Of a stretch of 64,000 nucleotides of DNA, positions 63,536 to 64,000 are shown piece by piece. How positions within the stretch are numbered: the stretch's first letter is position 1; each line of letters opens with the position of its first letter. The DNA comes from Eimeria praecox (taxonomy: Eukaryota). The stretch lies in assembly GCA_963920595.1 (NCBI GenBank), contig OY986947.1, positions 3,038,001 through 3,102,000 of the forward strand, in the 5' to 3' direction. A program made the position numbers and the translations under genes. Below the pieces are notes generated by a model. The model was not told the DNA's origin. It ran no database searches and was given only the letters and a program-made list of their open reading frames with translations.

Positions 63536-64000
63536 GTAGGTCCCTTTTTCTGTATTTACACGCCAATACGAAACATCGGGTACCGCATATTCCGTTATTT
63601 CATTCGTCTCCCTCGTTATGGTGGCACGTGGCTCAGGAATGCCTCCTCAGTACCGCTTTCGCGGGATGGTAGGGTGATGGGTCGCAGGTGCGGCCAGCTG
63701 TAGGCATTTTCCTTGGACGAGCTGTGCAGCTGAGGGCCCAGCGACCTTTTTTTAAAGGTGGAGATTGCTTCGGCAGTAGAGATAGATCCACTTCCGTCTC
63801 ATCTAGCCGCTTGTGGACAAAGGGGGATGCGTAGCCGGCGTGGAGCCGCGGCTGCTTCAGCATGTATGGAGGCCATGGACGCTTCTCCGGTGGCAATTAG
63901 CAGTTTCAGCAGCTTCACAGTATGCACAATAGCGGTGTTTTCTTCAGCGTGCTTCCCGCGCTGTTGATGTTTCCAGCGCTCGCCCGGTGGCTGCTACGCA

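Noticed and set aside
1..64000. tRNA, rRNA or other structured RNA genes
   Set aside because: None recognised by eye; a covariance-model scan would be needed to exclude them.

Overview
Eukaryotic, intron-rich coccidian DNA, almost certainly Eimeria. Evidence: CAG/CTG trinucleotide tracts, interstitial TTTAGGG heptamers, TGCATGCA octamers, and a 14-3-3 first exon reading MIEDIKTLREEHVYRAKLAEQAERYD. The window crosses from a repeat-rich (R) segment (1 to about 27.4 kb) into a repeat-poor (P) segment. Hand-spliced genes in the R part: an Mpv17/PMP22 protein (-), a long helical-repeat protein with a possible mitochondrial presequence (+), an A20/AN1 zinc-finger protein (+), and a Nup50/Nup2-like RanBD protein (+) that straddles the R/P boundary. 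In the P part: a very large secreted/membrane protein (-), TAF10 (-) head-to-head with prefoldin 5 (+), two hypothetical genes (-), a single-exon Eimeria-family transmembrane protein (-), and the start of 14-3-3 (+). The least obvious content, which the ORF track does not show, is two clear and one probable heavily decayed Ty3/Gypsy (chromovirus-type) retrotransposon relics between about 47 and 62.5 kb; the two clear ones flank the single-exon family gene. A dispersed 14-bp palindrome (GGTGTAYRTACACC) also recurs in both exons and introns. All homology calls come from reading motifs by eye; no searches were run.
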